NCBI RefSeq assembly: GCF_001194135.2
Contig: NC_068999.1
Coordinates: 44,251,602-44,309,054 of the forward strand
From: Octopus bimaculoides
Lineage: Eukaryota
DNA length: 57,453 nt
Direction of reading: 5' to 3'
Of the stretch, positions 13,468 through 25,090 are shown in pieces. The stretch's first letter is position 1. The number at the start of each line of letters is the position of its first letter. The translations under genes and the position numbers were made by a program. Under the pieces are notes generated by a model. It saw only the letters and a list, made by a program, of their open reading frames with translations, searched no databases and was not told the DNA's origin.

Positions 13468-13634
13468 CGAAATGTGAAAAGAATACAATGGAGAGAGATA
13501 AGTATGGATGCGTTGATGTGTGTCTGTTCGCGCGTGCATATTGTGTTCTTCTGATGCACACGGGCGAAGAAGACCTGGAATTTGTTGTCCCACGATGACA
13601 AAAACTGAAAACTAAACTTCGTACTACGTTGATA

Positions 13635-13676
<42 letters not shown>

Positions 13677-14929
13677 NNNNNNNNNNNNNNNNNNNNNNNN
13701 NNNNNNNNNNNNNNNNNNNNNNNNNNNNNNNNNNNNNNNNNNNNNNNNNNNNNNNNNNNNNNNNNNNNNNNNNNNNNNNNNNNNNNNNNNNNNNNNNNNN
13801 NNNNNNNNNNNNNNNNNNNNNNNNNNNNNNNNNNNNNNNNNNNNNNNNNNNNNNNNNNNNNNNNNNNNNNNNNNNNNNNNNNNNNNNNNNNNNNNNNNNN
13901 NNNNNNNNNNNNNNNNNNNNNNNNNNNNNNNNNNNNNNNNNNNNNNNNNNNNNNNNNNNNNNNNNNNNNNNNNNNNNNNNNNNNNNNNNNNNNNNNNNNN
14001 NNNNNNNNNNNNNNNNNNNNNNNNNNNNNNNNNNNNNNNNNNNNNNNNNNNNNNNNNNNNNNNNNNNNNNNNNNNNNNNNNNNNNNNNNNNNNNNNNNNN
14101 NNNNNNNNNNNNNNNNNNNNNNNNNNNNNNNNNNNNNNNNNNNNNNNNNNNNNNNNNNNNNNNNNNNNNNNNNNNNNNNNNNNNNNNNNNNNNNNNNNNN
14201 NNNNNNNNNNNNNNNNNNNNNNNNNNNNNNNNNNNNNNNNNNNNNNNNNNNNNNNNNNNNNNNNNNNNNNNNNNNNNNNNNNNNNNNNNNNNNNNNNNNN
14301 NNNNNNNNNNNNNNNNNNNNNNNNNNNTTTCTCTTCTTTAACTCTACACCGACTCTCATAAAAATACACGGAACGAATTATTTGCTTCGGAATAATTCAA
14401 TTTCCAGTATATTTCTATTTCACCTTATACAGGAAATATCCCCAAAATATTATTAATAATTGGTTCCAAACTCTCGTATTCTGTATTTTCAAGACATTTA
14501 CCATATTGAAAACTGGTAATAAACCATTTTTTTTTTTTTTGCATATCCTTTGCCTTGAAACCCAAAGGGTTGGATATGTGTCATTTCAAGATAGAAAAAA
14601 AGTCAATAACTTTAGAAAACACAGGACACATCTGAAAAATACTTGATTTGTCTGTGAACTAGCAATGTGTGTATAGAGCGAGCATAGGCATATGGGAATA
14701 TCTATATCTATATCAATATGTGTGTGTATAATATATATGTGTGTGAGTGCTTGTATGCGTGCGTGTGTGTGTATGTGTGTATGTATATATATATGTATTT
14801 GTATATATTGATTCGTTGTTCACGCACACACTTAAAATTCATAATTTCTTTTTCAACACTTACAGTCCTTCGTACTTGCTTGTACATAGTCGTAAATACA
14901 TAAATATATTGAATATATCTTTAGCCATT

Positions 14930-14960
14930 ATTATTATTAATATCATTATCATCATCATAA

Positions 14961-15013
<53 letters not shown>

Positions 15014-15075
15014 CGTTATTATTATTATTATCATTATTATTATTATTATAGTTGTTGTTGTTGTTTTTGTTGTTG
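14930..15075. repeat. (TAT)n(TGT)n microsatellite
   Basis: Direct inspection. Confidence 0.95.
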
Positions 15076-15465
15076 ATATATCTAATATATATGGGGGAGT
15101 GTAAAACTCTACGGATAACTGTATTTTCTAGCTGGAGGCTAGTTCTTGCGTTATTGGAGCCACGTTAAGCGACTGAAGTCGTAATACAGAAACTTATTAT
15201 TATTCAACGCCTTGAAATATTGCGAAGACAAAGATATAAATTGGAAAGGAAAACTCGAATGAGAACTGTAGTGACGACGACGACGACGCCGACGATGACA
15301 ACAACAATATTAATATGGTGCTGTTGTTGTTGCTATTTTAATTTTCCCAAGATTGACTTTATCTTCGTATCTCGAGGCTCAATTCCACCAGCGATTTATT
15401 TGTATATGACTGATAACGTTAAAATATGAATGGCTTTAGATATGATTTCATGGGGGGGGGGTTTA

Positions 15466-15511
<46 letters not shown>

Positions 15512-15520
15512 GTATATATA

Positions 15521-15770
15521 CAGGGTGGTGCAAAAGTAGATGTACAGTTATGAAAAAAGAAAACACGTACATTACTCAATGATTTTTATGAAAAAATTTA
15601 AAAGTTACGATAAAGGTATTATTATAGTAGTGATAAATGTAAACATTATGATTAATGAAACTATATCAAATACGAGGTTAAGCAATTTAATGTGCTAATC
15701 ATTGTAATAAATTAAGTATTATAGCATTGATGCCATATTTACTGTTAACCTACTTTCGCACCCCACCCCC
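15521..15770. mobile_element. Tc1-type MITE, about 250 bp
   Basis: Left TA+cagggtggtgcaaaagtagatgtacagt; the right end reverse complements to ggggtggggtgcgaaagtaggttaacagt; AT-rich non-coding interior. Confidence 0.75.
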
Positions 15771-15841
15771 ATGTGTATATGTACGTACATATATGGCAAA
15801 TGAAAGACGGAAGATGGAATATAGGAGAATTTACTATTAAT

Positions 15842-15886
15842 CACGACAATTGTTTCGACACATCCAGCATTGATTCCTCATAGGTG
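15842..15886 (-). ncRNA. Type I hammerhead-like motif (family i), core missing one G
   Basis: Reverse complement: cac-CUAUGA-G...C-GAAA-CAAUUG-UC-gug; stem I cac/gug, perfectly palindromic stem III ACAAUUGU, GUC cleavage triplet. Confidence 0.45.
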
Positions 15887-16014
15887 GGACACTCAACAAC
15901 TGGTTCAGGAGCATCCAGTGGTGCAGATGTATGTCGTCGGGTGATAAATAAATACAACTCATTTAAAATGACTGTACCACAATGTAACTTACCGTTTTGT
16001 AGAAAGAAAAGCAG

Positions 16015-16295
16015 CCAATCGACCTCTCCCTCCCTCCCTCATAACCCGAAGTCTTGTTCCTATAGTCGAAAGGATTATTAGGTGACGAGCTGGCAGAAAC
16101 GCCAGTGCGTCGGCCAAAGCGCTTAGCTACATTTCTTCCGCCTGTTTATGTTAAAATACCACCAAGGTCGACTTTGCATTTAACCCTACATGGGTCGATA
16201 AAATAATAAAACAGTCAAGTACTAAGGCGATGTTACCGACAGGCCAATACCCTCAAAATTGCTGGCTCCGTGCCTAAATTAGAAAGCATTATCAG
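16015..16295 (+). mobile_element. SINE family B: tail remnant (16015-16078) plus diverged full copy (16079-16295)
   Basis: ggtgacgagctggcagaaacg...aaggtcgactttgc...gggtcgataaa...ccctcaaaattgctggctccgtgcctaaattagaaag. Confidence 0.8.
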
Positions 16296-17751
16296 AACTA
16301 TAATATATGCATTGAGAATGAATCGACACGTTATTGCTTGTACTCTTGCAGTTCGATGTAAACCTCATGAATTTGAATAAATATATTAGTAGAATTGGAA
16401 CAAGATGTGGGGGAGTGGATAGATTGGTTCCTCTATTTCTAGTTGATTTTGGCGTTTTTCGTTTCTTCTTTTGACCTTTTAATCTCCCACTGTCAAATTA
16501 CAAACTTTTCAAAACAGACAGAACGCCCCTTGAATTAAGCCTGTAATGATGAGAGCTAGGGGGGAAGGAGGAAGCCGGGGAAAATCAAAGGCCAAATATC
16601 TAACAAAACTTTTGTGTAAAGTTACATATTTAAGTTTTATACATACGGTTCACACCGTTGTCTAGTTTATAGAAAACTGTTAGAAACTTGACAAAAAACG
16701 ATATCAGCAGCTACTAAACCAATGTTGTACTAATAGATACGATATTACGATAGGATATATTCATAGTCTGAATAACGAAGAAGAAAAATAGAAAAAAAAT
16801 AAAATAAAATAAACGAGCAAAAGGTAATAGTAATACTTGACTTCTTTGAAGATTTGTAGGTATGCATTTAGTATTAAGTACACTTCAGACAGCATTGCAG
16901 TAATATCGACCCATCCGGCGCTGCGCAAATGGTTTTAGATGTCGAGCAACCAGCTTGTATGCTTGATGGTCCAGACTATGGGCTGGCACTTCCTCTACGA
17001 CTGACTCATAATAACATTAATGATTAGCCTTTGAAGACGGACATAAATTTTATTACCTTTTTTTTTTTCTATGATAGTAAATATTGGAAAATCTATCAAA
17101 GTATTGGACATGGTGATATATAATTGGGAATTTGGTGGGTATTTTTCTCTCTCTCTCCCTCTCTCTCTCTCTCTCTGTCTATACATATATATATATACAT
17201 ATATGTGTTTATGCACGTTTTTCATGCACCCACGCACCCACCCCTCCTTTATATTCATTATCTTGATGACACTTGAAATATTGCAAGGAGTATGATAAAT
17301 AATCATTTGAATATAACCTGTTTGGAAAGTTTTAATATCTGTGAAAGGAAGTTAGCTATATCTTTAGCTGATCTACATGAGTCAGTGGATTAATAGCAGA
17401 ACATCATAAAATTTTTACTCACATCTCCCCATCTCACATTCATACATACATACATATATACATACGTACGTACGTACGTACGTAATACGTGCAGACATAC
17501 AAACAAAGACATTGATAAACTATATGCATGCTACGTACATATACGTCCACACATACTCACACAGGCGAATACACACGTGTGGCTATTACAGCATATGCAT
17601 ATAATTGACAAAAACTCGTAATAAAAATCTGGTATGGAAGTATTTGTGTATACATATATATATATCATATAAACACGTGTGTATCTATGTACATACGTAT
17701 ACATATCTATTTATCTATCTATCTATCTGTCTATATCTATTTATCGTTCTA

Positions 17752-17764
<13 letters not shown>

Positions 17765-17833
<69 letters not shown>

Positions 17834-17843
17834 NNNNNNNNNN

Positions 17844-17895
<52 letters not shown>
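17765..17895. repeat. (TC)n(TA)n(TG)n microsatellite with 10-N gap
   Basis: Direct inspection. Confidence 0.95.
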
Positions 17896-17897
<2 letters not shown>

Positions 17898-18540
17898 CAG
17901 AGAAACAGACAGACAGAGATTGATTGATAGCTATGTGCATACCTACATGTTTTTGTATGCTTAGGTTTATCTACACTTTTATATACCCATACACACATGC
18001 ATTATACACATATCCAAATAGATATTCATACATGTACACACATACATACACACACATTTTATAACGTGTATAACTTTATCGTGAACTGTCATCTTAATTG
18101 ACGAAGCATATATTCTGACCTCAGTCTACGCTAGACACACACTGCTAATAGTGCTACTATCTTTCTTATCTACATGCTATTCCCCACTAAATTAATACAG
18201 CTATCTGATATCATTGCAGTTCGGTCGTATCTCAATAATATATTTCATTTTATAAGATAGGACATCCGTAGTTTTTAAGTATCTTCTTGAATAAACGTTT
18301 AATATATATAATTGATTTTTCTTTTCAGGAGCTGCGAGGTAAATTTTAATCCAAATAAACCGAAATTTGCTTTTCATCTTTTAGTAATAATATTGAATGT
18401 TAATACGACTGAATGAGGAGGCAATTTTGATAGAGGTGGCTAGATCCTTACCTGTGCATTGTATTTCATCTGCGTGGAAATTTGAAATTGCTAATCCTTG
18501 AAATCTCTAAAACTAAAACAAAGGAAAAGGAAAAGGAAAA

Positions 18541-18755
18541 CGCGTGGCTGTGTGGTAAGAAGCTTGCTTTCTAACCACATGGTTTCGGGTTCAGTCCCAT
18601 TGCGTGGCACCATGGGCAAGTGTCTTCTACTATAGCCTCAGGCCGACCAAAGCCTTGTGAGTGGATCTGGTAGACGGAAACTGAAAGAAGTTCGTCGTAT
18701 ATATACATGTGTGTGTGCGTGCGCGCACACACGCACACACACACACACACACACA
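18541..18755 (+). mobile_element. SINE family A, well-conserved 5' half
   Basis: gtggctgtgtggtaagaagcttgct...gggttcagtccca (B box)...ggcaagtgtcttctactatagcctcaggccgaccaaagccttgtgagtgga. Confidence 0.92.
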
Positions 18756-18993
18756 TTCACATATATGCATATATATGTCGCAGATTTAGATTGTTTCTTT
18801 GTGTATATTTGTACCATTGATAAGTAACAAATTGTCAAAAACGGTTTGGTATTTAAATAAATCTATTACAAATTTTATATACAGGTACATTTTCAAACCC
18901 TTTAACAAATTCTCCTATTTTTTTCTGCATGAGAATACAATTGTACTCTCCATATATGCAAATTATATAAATATATGTAAAGAGACAAAGATT

Positions 18994-19032
<39 letters not shown>

Positions 19033-19499
19033 GCAGACAGACAGACAGATAGATGAATAGATTGTGAGTGAAAGCGAGAGAGAGACTCAGACAGAGAGAG
19101 AAATGGAAAGAGAGAAACATCTTCACCACCTACAGTGATCACGTGATCACAAGGGTGCAAGAAAAAGGAAATGGATAACCTAATTTGATCGTTGGTTAAG
19201 TTGTTTAATAAAAAAAGAACACAGACCATAATAATATGTTGAAGAAATCTAATAAACTATATTGGTGGCTTTGTTTTTCAACTTGAAGATGGGCAGCATG
19301 AGGTTTATCAGAGTCGATAATCTGTTGCATTTTGATTCTATCAGTAAGTATGCTTTTTTTTATTTGATTAGTAAATTTTATTTTTTTCTTTATATATTAT
19401 TTGTAACACAGAACAAAATGGAATTTTGGCGCCTACAATATAACGATATATTAAGTAAACTGAAGCTCAATTTGCAATGTGAAAATTATCTACTGACAT

Positions 19500-19534
19500 A
19501 TGTGTGTGTATGTGCTTGAGTGTGTGGCCTCGTA

Positions 19535-19568
<34 letters not shown>

Positions 19569-19707
19569 TGTATGTGTGCTTGAGTAAGTATGTGTGTCTG
19601 AACATGTGGATGTGTTCGTGTGGTGAAATACACTCACGCTCTAACATATGATCATACAAAATATATGCATATACAGACTTAAGACCAATATATACATACA
19701 TATATAC

Positions 19708-19776
<69 letters not shown>

Positions 19777-19783
19777 CATACAT

Positions 19784-19814
<31 letters not shown>

Positions 19815-19940
19815 CTTATAAACATATAAATACATACGTATACGTAAATATGTATATATATACATATGTACATGTACATATATATATATATATGTATATA
19901 CATACATATATGCCATATATGCACACACACACACGCATAA
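19500..19940. repeat. (TG)n and (TA/TACA)n low-complexity block
   Basis: Direct inspection. Confidence 0.9.
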
Positions 19941-20247
19941 ATACCTTGTACGATTACATAGAACTTAGACCTTATGTCTTTGCACAGTTTTCGAATCTCA
20001 TTTCACTGTTCATCACAAATGAATAAATATGGATACTCAAATACATTCTAATTTTCTTCTTAGCAATACGATTTTATATGTAATAACTAAAATATTTTTC
20101 TGGTTTTGCACTCTGTATATAGCTGCACTCTTCCATATATTTTAAATAAATGTAATGTAGTTACGTTTTCTTTATAGCTATTTCCTATGACATATAAACC
20201 TACAATATGCTTGAAGTCCCATGTCTAGAACCATTTAAAGATAAAAC

Positions 20248-20286
<39 letters not shown>

Positions 20287-20614
20287 TTGTCCACTGGTTT
20301 CAACTCTTGTCTCATGTATTCAAAAGACTGGAGCTTTCAGCACATTACTTAGATTCATAATGACGTTTGATAATGGCGTTTTCAATCAATTGTACATCAT
20401 GTACATGCTTTGCATTCTTACATGATTTGAACAATTTAAATTTCAGCATAGAGCATCATATCACTTCATAGTAGTCTTTATTTACTGTTTAGTTAAAAAA
20501 CATTGTTTAACGTCGTAGAGATATTGTGAAGAAAATTAAAAAAGTGCTACGAAATAGTTAATATAAGTATATGAATAAATTGTATATTAAATATTTTGTT
20601 GAACGTGACAAGCA

Positions 20615-20700
20615 TTTTATTTATCGAACACAGGATGATGAAAGGGAAAGATAAAGTTTATATCGGCTGGATTCATCTCAGCCGAAAAAGAGCCTGAATT
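20615..20700 (-). mobile_element. SINE family B, highly diverged fragment
   Basis: tttatcgaacacaggatgatgaaagg...tcggctggattcatctcag resembles tttatcgaccccgaaaggatgaaaggcaaagtcgacctcggcggaatttgaactcag. Confidence 0.5.
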
Positions 20701-21080
20701 ATCACCACAAGGCGTTTTGCATTATCCGATATTATTAGTTCATCTAGTTCATCACCTTTCCTCTACGTGTGAGAATAAATAGGCAGATCTTACAGAGATT
20801 TAGCCGTTATATCTCGGTAAATTGCTCAACCCCTTCCTCTATAACAAGAATATGGCATCCAAGTAGCGATGTCGTGAATCTTCTAGATTCATCGTAGAAA
20901 AATCTAGAGTTATGAGTTAATACAGCTGTGTAGTTGAGGAATTTGATCGCAAATATGTGGGCCCTGCTGCTTTCCTGCGTCGCATTATTTTGGAGAAAAA
21001 TATCATGCAGTTTGTATCTATGTATATATGTATGCATGTATGTACGAGGTTGTAAATAAAGATGCCAGACTAATAGAAAA

Positions 21081-21515
21081 ATTCTTTTCTACTCTAGGCA
21101 CAAGGCCCGAAATGTTGAGGGAAGTGGGGCTAGTGGATTAGAACGATCTAAGTACGCAACTGGGACTTAATTTATCGACACCGAAACGATGAAAGGCAAA
21201 GCTGACCTCGGTGGAATTTGAAAACAGAACGTAAAGACAGACGAAATACCGCTAAGCATTTCGCCCAGCGTGCTACCGTTTCTTATTTCTTTATTGCCCA
21301 CAAGGGGCTAAACATAGAGGGGACAAACAAGGACATACAAAGGGATTAAATCGATTACATCGAGCCCAGTGCGTAACTGGCACTTAATTTATCGACCCCG
21401 AAAGATGAAAGTCAAAGTCGACCTCGGCGGAATTTGAACTCAGAACGTAACGGCAGACGAAATACGGCTAAGCATTTCGCCCGGCATGCTAGCGTTTCAG
21501 CCACCTCGCCGCCTT
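21081..21515 (-). mobile_element. Dimeric SINE family B with 13-bp target-site duplication
   Basis: Two head-to-tail tRNA-like monomers (21283-21515 and 21081-21282) with different tails; flanks gactaatagaaaa (21068-21080) and gactattagaaaa (21516-21528). Confidence 0.88.
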
Positions 21516-22384
21516 GACTATTAGAAAATCTAAACAATTACGTATTTTGTCACTCCCCAAATATTACACGGTTTTGATTGCTCTCAATAAGTGGAGTATG
21601 TTGCAGTCAATGATTCAATCTTTATTCTACATTACGTCATAAATACTCTCTTCATTATTCCACAAATGTCGTACATGTATGTATATTCAAAACTACAAAT
21701 ATATATATATGCATATTTACACGTGGGTTCACGATCTTACAAACAGGTTACATACATTTTCTGAAGGTTGTCAAGGGAAAGCAGATTTAGTGTATGCAAA
21801 AGCTTCGCATTTACAACAGATTTGACACATTTCAAACAAAAGCTACAAATTCACACAGTAAGCCTTATTCTTCACTTTCACTGCAAAAGTTCACGAAGAA
21901 CTATATTTCGTGTACAGATATTCAGCGGCTCCTACACATGTCGGCCTCCTTAAGTCTAAATCTGTAACTTCAAATCGTCTCTGTTCGTTTCTTCTGTTAC
22001 GTTTGGTTCTGCTTAGAGCAAGGAATAAATGCTTGTGGTATAAACAGGCTGGCAATGAATACGGTACCTCTCAGTTGAATCGAAAAGATAATAGTGGAAT
22101 AGAGCTGAGCATGGAAGTAAAGTAATTAATAGTACATCAAGTGCAAATACGTATAGCTACGTAAATAATATATTGATGGCACACAGCGTATTACATATAT
22201 TGATGAGAATTATTAATGAGAAAAAAGAGAAAATTAATTTGATCGTGTGAATTTATGAACGTAAAAGCATTACTTGATAATTATAAGAGACAGAAGAGAC
22301 GAGAATGGACTTTTTTTAATACAAAAAACAAACAGCACGGCGCCGGTTCGTGTCGAATAACTTGGAGATCGTGAAGATTGGTTT

Positions 22385-22535
22385 ATTCTTGTTATTTGTA
22401 TCAGTCGTCTGACTGCGGCCATACTGGGGCAGTGCTTGACAAATTTCAGTGGAACGAATCGACCCCAGTACCTGATAGTTATTGTATCAGTATCTTTTTG
22501 CCGAACCGCTATTTAACGGGGACGTAACACACCGT
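22385..22535 (-). mobile_element. SINE family A, 3' half
   Basis: cagtcgtctgactgcggccatactgggg...aatcgaccccagtac...ttttgccgaaccgct...cggggacgtaacaca. Confidence 0.8.
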
Positions 22536-22604
22536 CATACACACACATACACAGACACAGACCCCCCACACACGTATTTTCGGGCTTCTTTCTGTTTAGT
22601 ATAA

Positions 22605-22962
22605 TTCTTTTATTCTTTTATTCTTTTATTGGTTTCAGTCATTTGACTGCGGCCATGCTGGAGCACTGCATTTAGTCGAGAAAATCGACCCCAATACTAT
22701 TCTTTGTAGGGCTAGTACTCATTCTATCGGTCTCTNNNNNNNNNNCACTCTCCATCTTCCAAATCCACTCACAAGACTTTGGTCGGCCCGAGGCTATACG
22801 AGAGGCTTCTTTCGGTTTCCGTCTAACAAATCCACTCACAAGGCTTTGGACGGCCCGAGGATATAGTAAAAGACACTTGTCCAAGATGCCACGCAGTGGG
22901 ACTGAACCCGCAACCATGTGATTGAGAATCAAGCTTCTTACCACACTGCTGCTCCTGCGCCT
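22605..22962 (-). mobile_element. SINE family A, near full length, with internal 39-bp duplication and 10-N gap
   Basis: Tail (ttcttttа)n-like ttcttttattcttttatt...tttcagtcatttgactgcggccatgctggagca; head gcttcttaccacactgctgctcctgcgcct; caaatccactcacaag...ggcccgagg occurs twice. Confidence 0.9.
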
Positions 22963-23342
22963 ACCAAATCCACTGAAATCTATTAGTCATAAAGATAAAG
23001 AAACGAAGTGTTGTTTCTCCCTGAGTTTATATTCAAATTTGATTTATCATAGCTGCGAAGGAAACTTTATTCCCAAGTAAAGATCTACGGTAAATAATAC
23101 TGTACTGTACTGTTAAAATGTCTATAGCCACCGTCATTAGAATTAAATGATCGGAAAACGCCTCATAAATCACAGTGAGCAGTTAAATGTCTATTATAAT
23201 TGTTATATGAGAAGGTGCATTTCCTTCAGATGTTAGATAAACCGTGCTGGATTTGATACAATGACATATATCGTTCTACTGACTCAAAAGCTATGATTGT
23301 TCGTATATAAAGCAAGATATATTATATTATTCTATACTTAAT

Positions 23343-23494
23343 ATGGCGGCGAGCTGGTAGAAAGGTTAACACGCCGCACGAGATGCTTAGCGGCATTTCG
23401 TCTGTTTTTAAGTTCTGAGTTCAGATTCTGCCGAGGTCGACTTTGCCTTTCATCCTTTCAGGGTTGATAAATTAAGTACCAGTTGCGTACTGGG
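23343..23494 (+). mobile_element. SINE family B, 3' truncated
   Basis: ggcggcgagctggtagaaag...gagttcagattc (B box)...gaggtcgactttgcctttcatcctttcagggttgataaattaagtaccagttgcgtactggg. Confidence 0.9.
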
Positions 23495-23850
23495 AAGCAA
23501 ACGTCTTATTCCTTAGTCCCGCTTGCGCCTGCTTACTAAACAGAAATGCACTGTATGATGTGATTCATTTTATGTCGTGTATGTTTAGTTACGGCCTAAG
23601 ACTCATATATATTAGTTAGTAAAACATAAAGAGCCAATACGATCTCTGTAAAAACCCGTTGTCATGTAAACTAAAAGCAGAACAAATATTCAATGAGATG
23701 TATCGAACAATATATATCAAATTTGACGTTCAGTCATCTTGTCAAGTCGTTAGTTACATCATACTGCATTCACACTAGCTCTCATTTCTCTCTCTCTCTC
23801 TCTCTGTCTCTCTCTGTTTGTATATATAAATACACATATATATATATGTG

Positions 23851-23895
<45 letters not shown>

Positions 23896-24224
23896 ATGTA
23901 TGTATGTATATATATAGAGGATATATACACTATTCAGGCCGAGAAACCGGCCCCTATTTGTCGTTTTTATTTTGCTCACTTGTGTATCTAAATGACATTT
24001 GTTAGCTGTAAATACACGAGTGTTCTGAACGATGACAACAAGCAGATAAAAAGGTGTTGCTGAGAGAACGCTGCGGAAACGATCAGGTCAAGGACGTGAA
24101 AAAATAAAGATTCGGTACTTCGAATTTAAGGAACATGAACCCGACGCTGTGTGGGATGAATGCTTAACAGGTAAATGAAGAATTAAGGTGTTAAATGGAG
24201 ATGCAGATATTACTGTGAGCTTTG

Positions 24225-24555
24225 CAGCCACCTGATAGCAGTTCAGTTCCACTGTGTGGTACCTTGGACAAATGTCTTTTACTACCGTTCTTAGCCAACC
24301 AATGCCTTGTCAGTGAATTTAGAAGCCCGTCGTTTATATAAATGTGTGAGTGTGTGTGTGTGTGAGTTCTGCTTCACAGCAGGTGTTGGTTTCATTGTTT
24401 ACGACCCTGTAGCTCAGCTGTCGGTAAAGAAATCGATAGAAAAAATACCAGAATTTCAAATGAGTACTAGGGTCGATTTATTCGACTAAAACTCTTCAAA
24501 TCGGTGCCCCAGCATGAGCGCAGTCCACTCACTGAAACAAGTAAAACATAAAAGA
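24225..24555 (+). mobile_element. SINE family A, old diverged full-length copy
   Basis: gttcagttccactgtgtggtaccttggacaaatgtct...(TG)n...gggtcgatttattcgactaa...gccccagcatgagcgcagtc...actgaaacaagtaaaa. Confidence 0.75.
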
Positions 24556-24572
24556 TATGTTTTCCATCACAA

Positions 24573-25090
24573 AGGCGCAGGAGTGGCTGTGTGGATGTAA
24601 CTTGTTTGCTGATCACGTGGTTCCGGGTTCAGTCCCACTGCGTGGCACCTCGGGCCGGCCAATGCCATGTGGGTGGATTTGATAGACGTCGTATACATNN
24701 NNNNNNNNNNNNNNNNNNNNNNNNNNNNNNNNNNNNNNNNNNNNNNNNNNNNNNNNNNNNNNNNNNNNNNNNNNNNNNNNNNNNNNNNNNNNNNNNNNNN
24801 NNNNNNNNNNNNNNNNNNNNNNNNNNNNTATATATATATATATGCCTGTGTGTGTGTTGTGTGTGTGTGATTGTGTGTGTTTGTGCGTCTGTGTTTGTCC
24901 CGCTACCATCGCTTGACCACCAATGCTTGCGTGTTTACGTCCCCGTAACTTAGCGTTTCGGCAAAATAGACCGATAGAATAAGTACTAGGCTTACAAAGA
25001 ATAAGTCCTGAGGTCGATTTGCCCGACTAAAAGCGCTACTCCAGCATGGCCGCAGTCAAATGACTGCGAAAGTGTAAAAGACTATAAAAA
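24573..25090 (+). mobile_element. SINE family A, full-length copy spanning gap 24699-24828
   Basis: aaggcgcaggagtggctgtgtgg head; central (TA)/(TG)n; tail gtttacgtccccgtaacttagcg...gatagaataagtactaggcttacaaagaataagtcctg...ccagcatggccgcagtcaaatgactg. Confidence 0.92.

Noticed and set aside
15884-15928. Apparent 45-nt plus-strand exon (ag|GTGGGACAC...GCAGAT|gtatgt)
   Set aside because: It overlaps the hammerhead-like repeat and is open in all three frames, so a repeat origin is more likely.
15985-16075. Minus-strand exon ending at ACG|GTAAGT
   Set aside because: Most of the segment is a SINE B tail remnant.
21043-21070. TACGAGG mariner-like TIR start (also at about 32939)
   Set aside because: No matching opposite TIR or transposase remnant could be identified.
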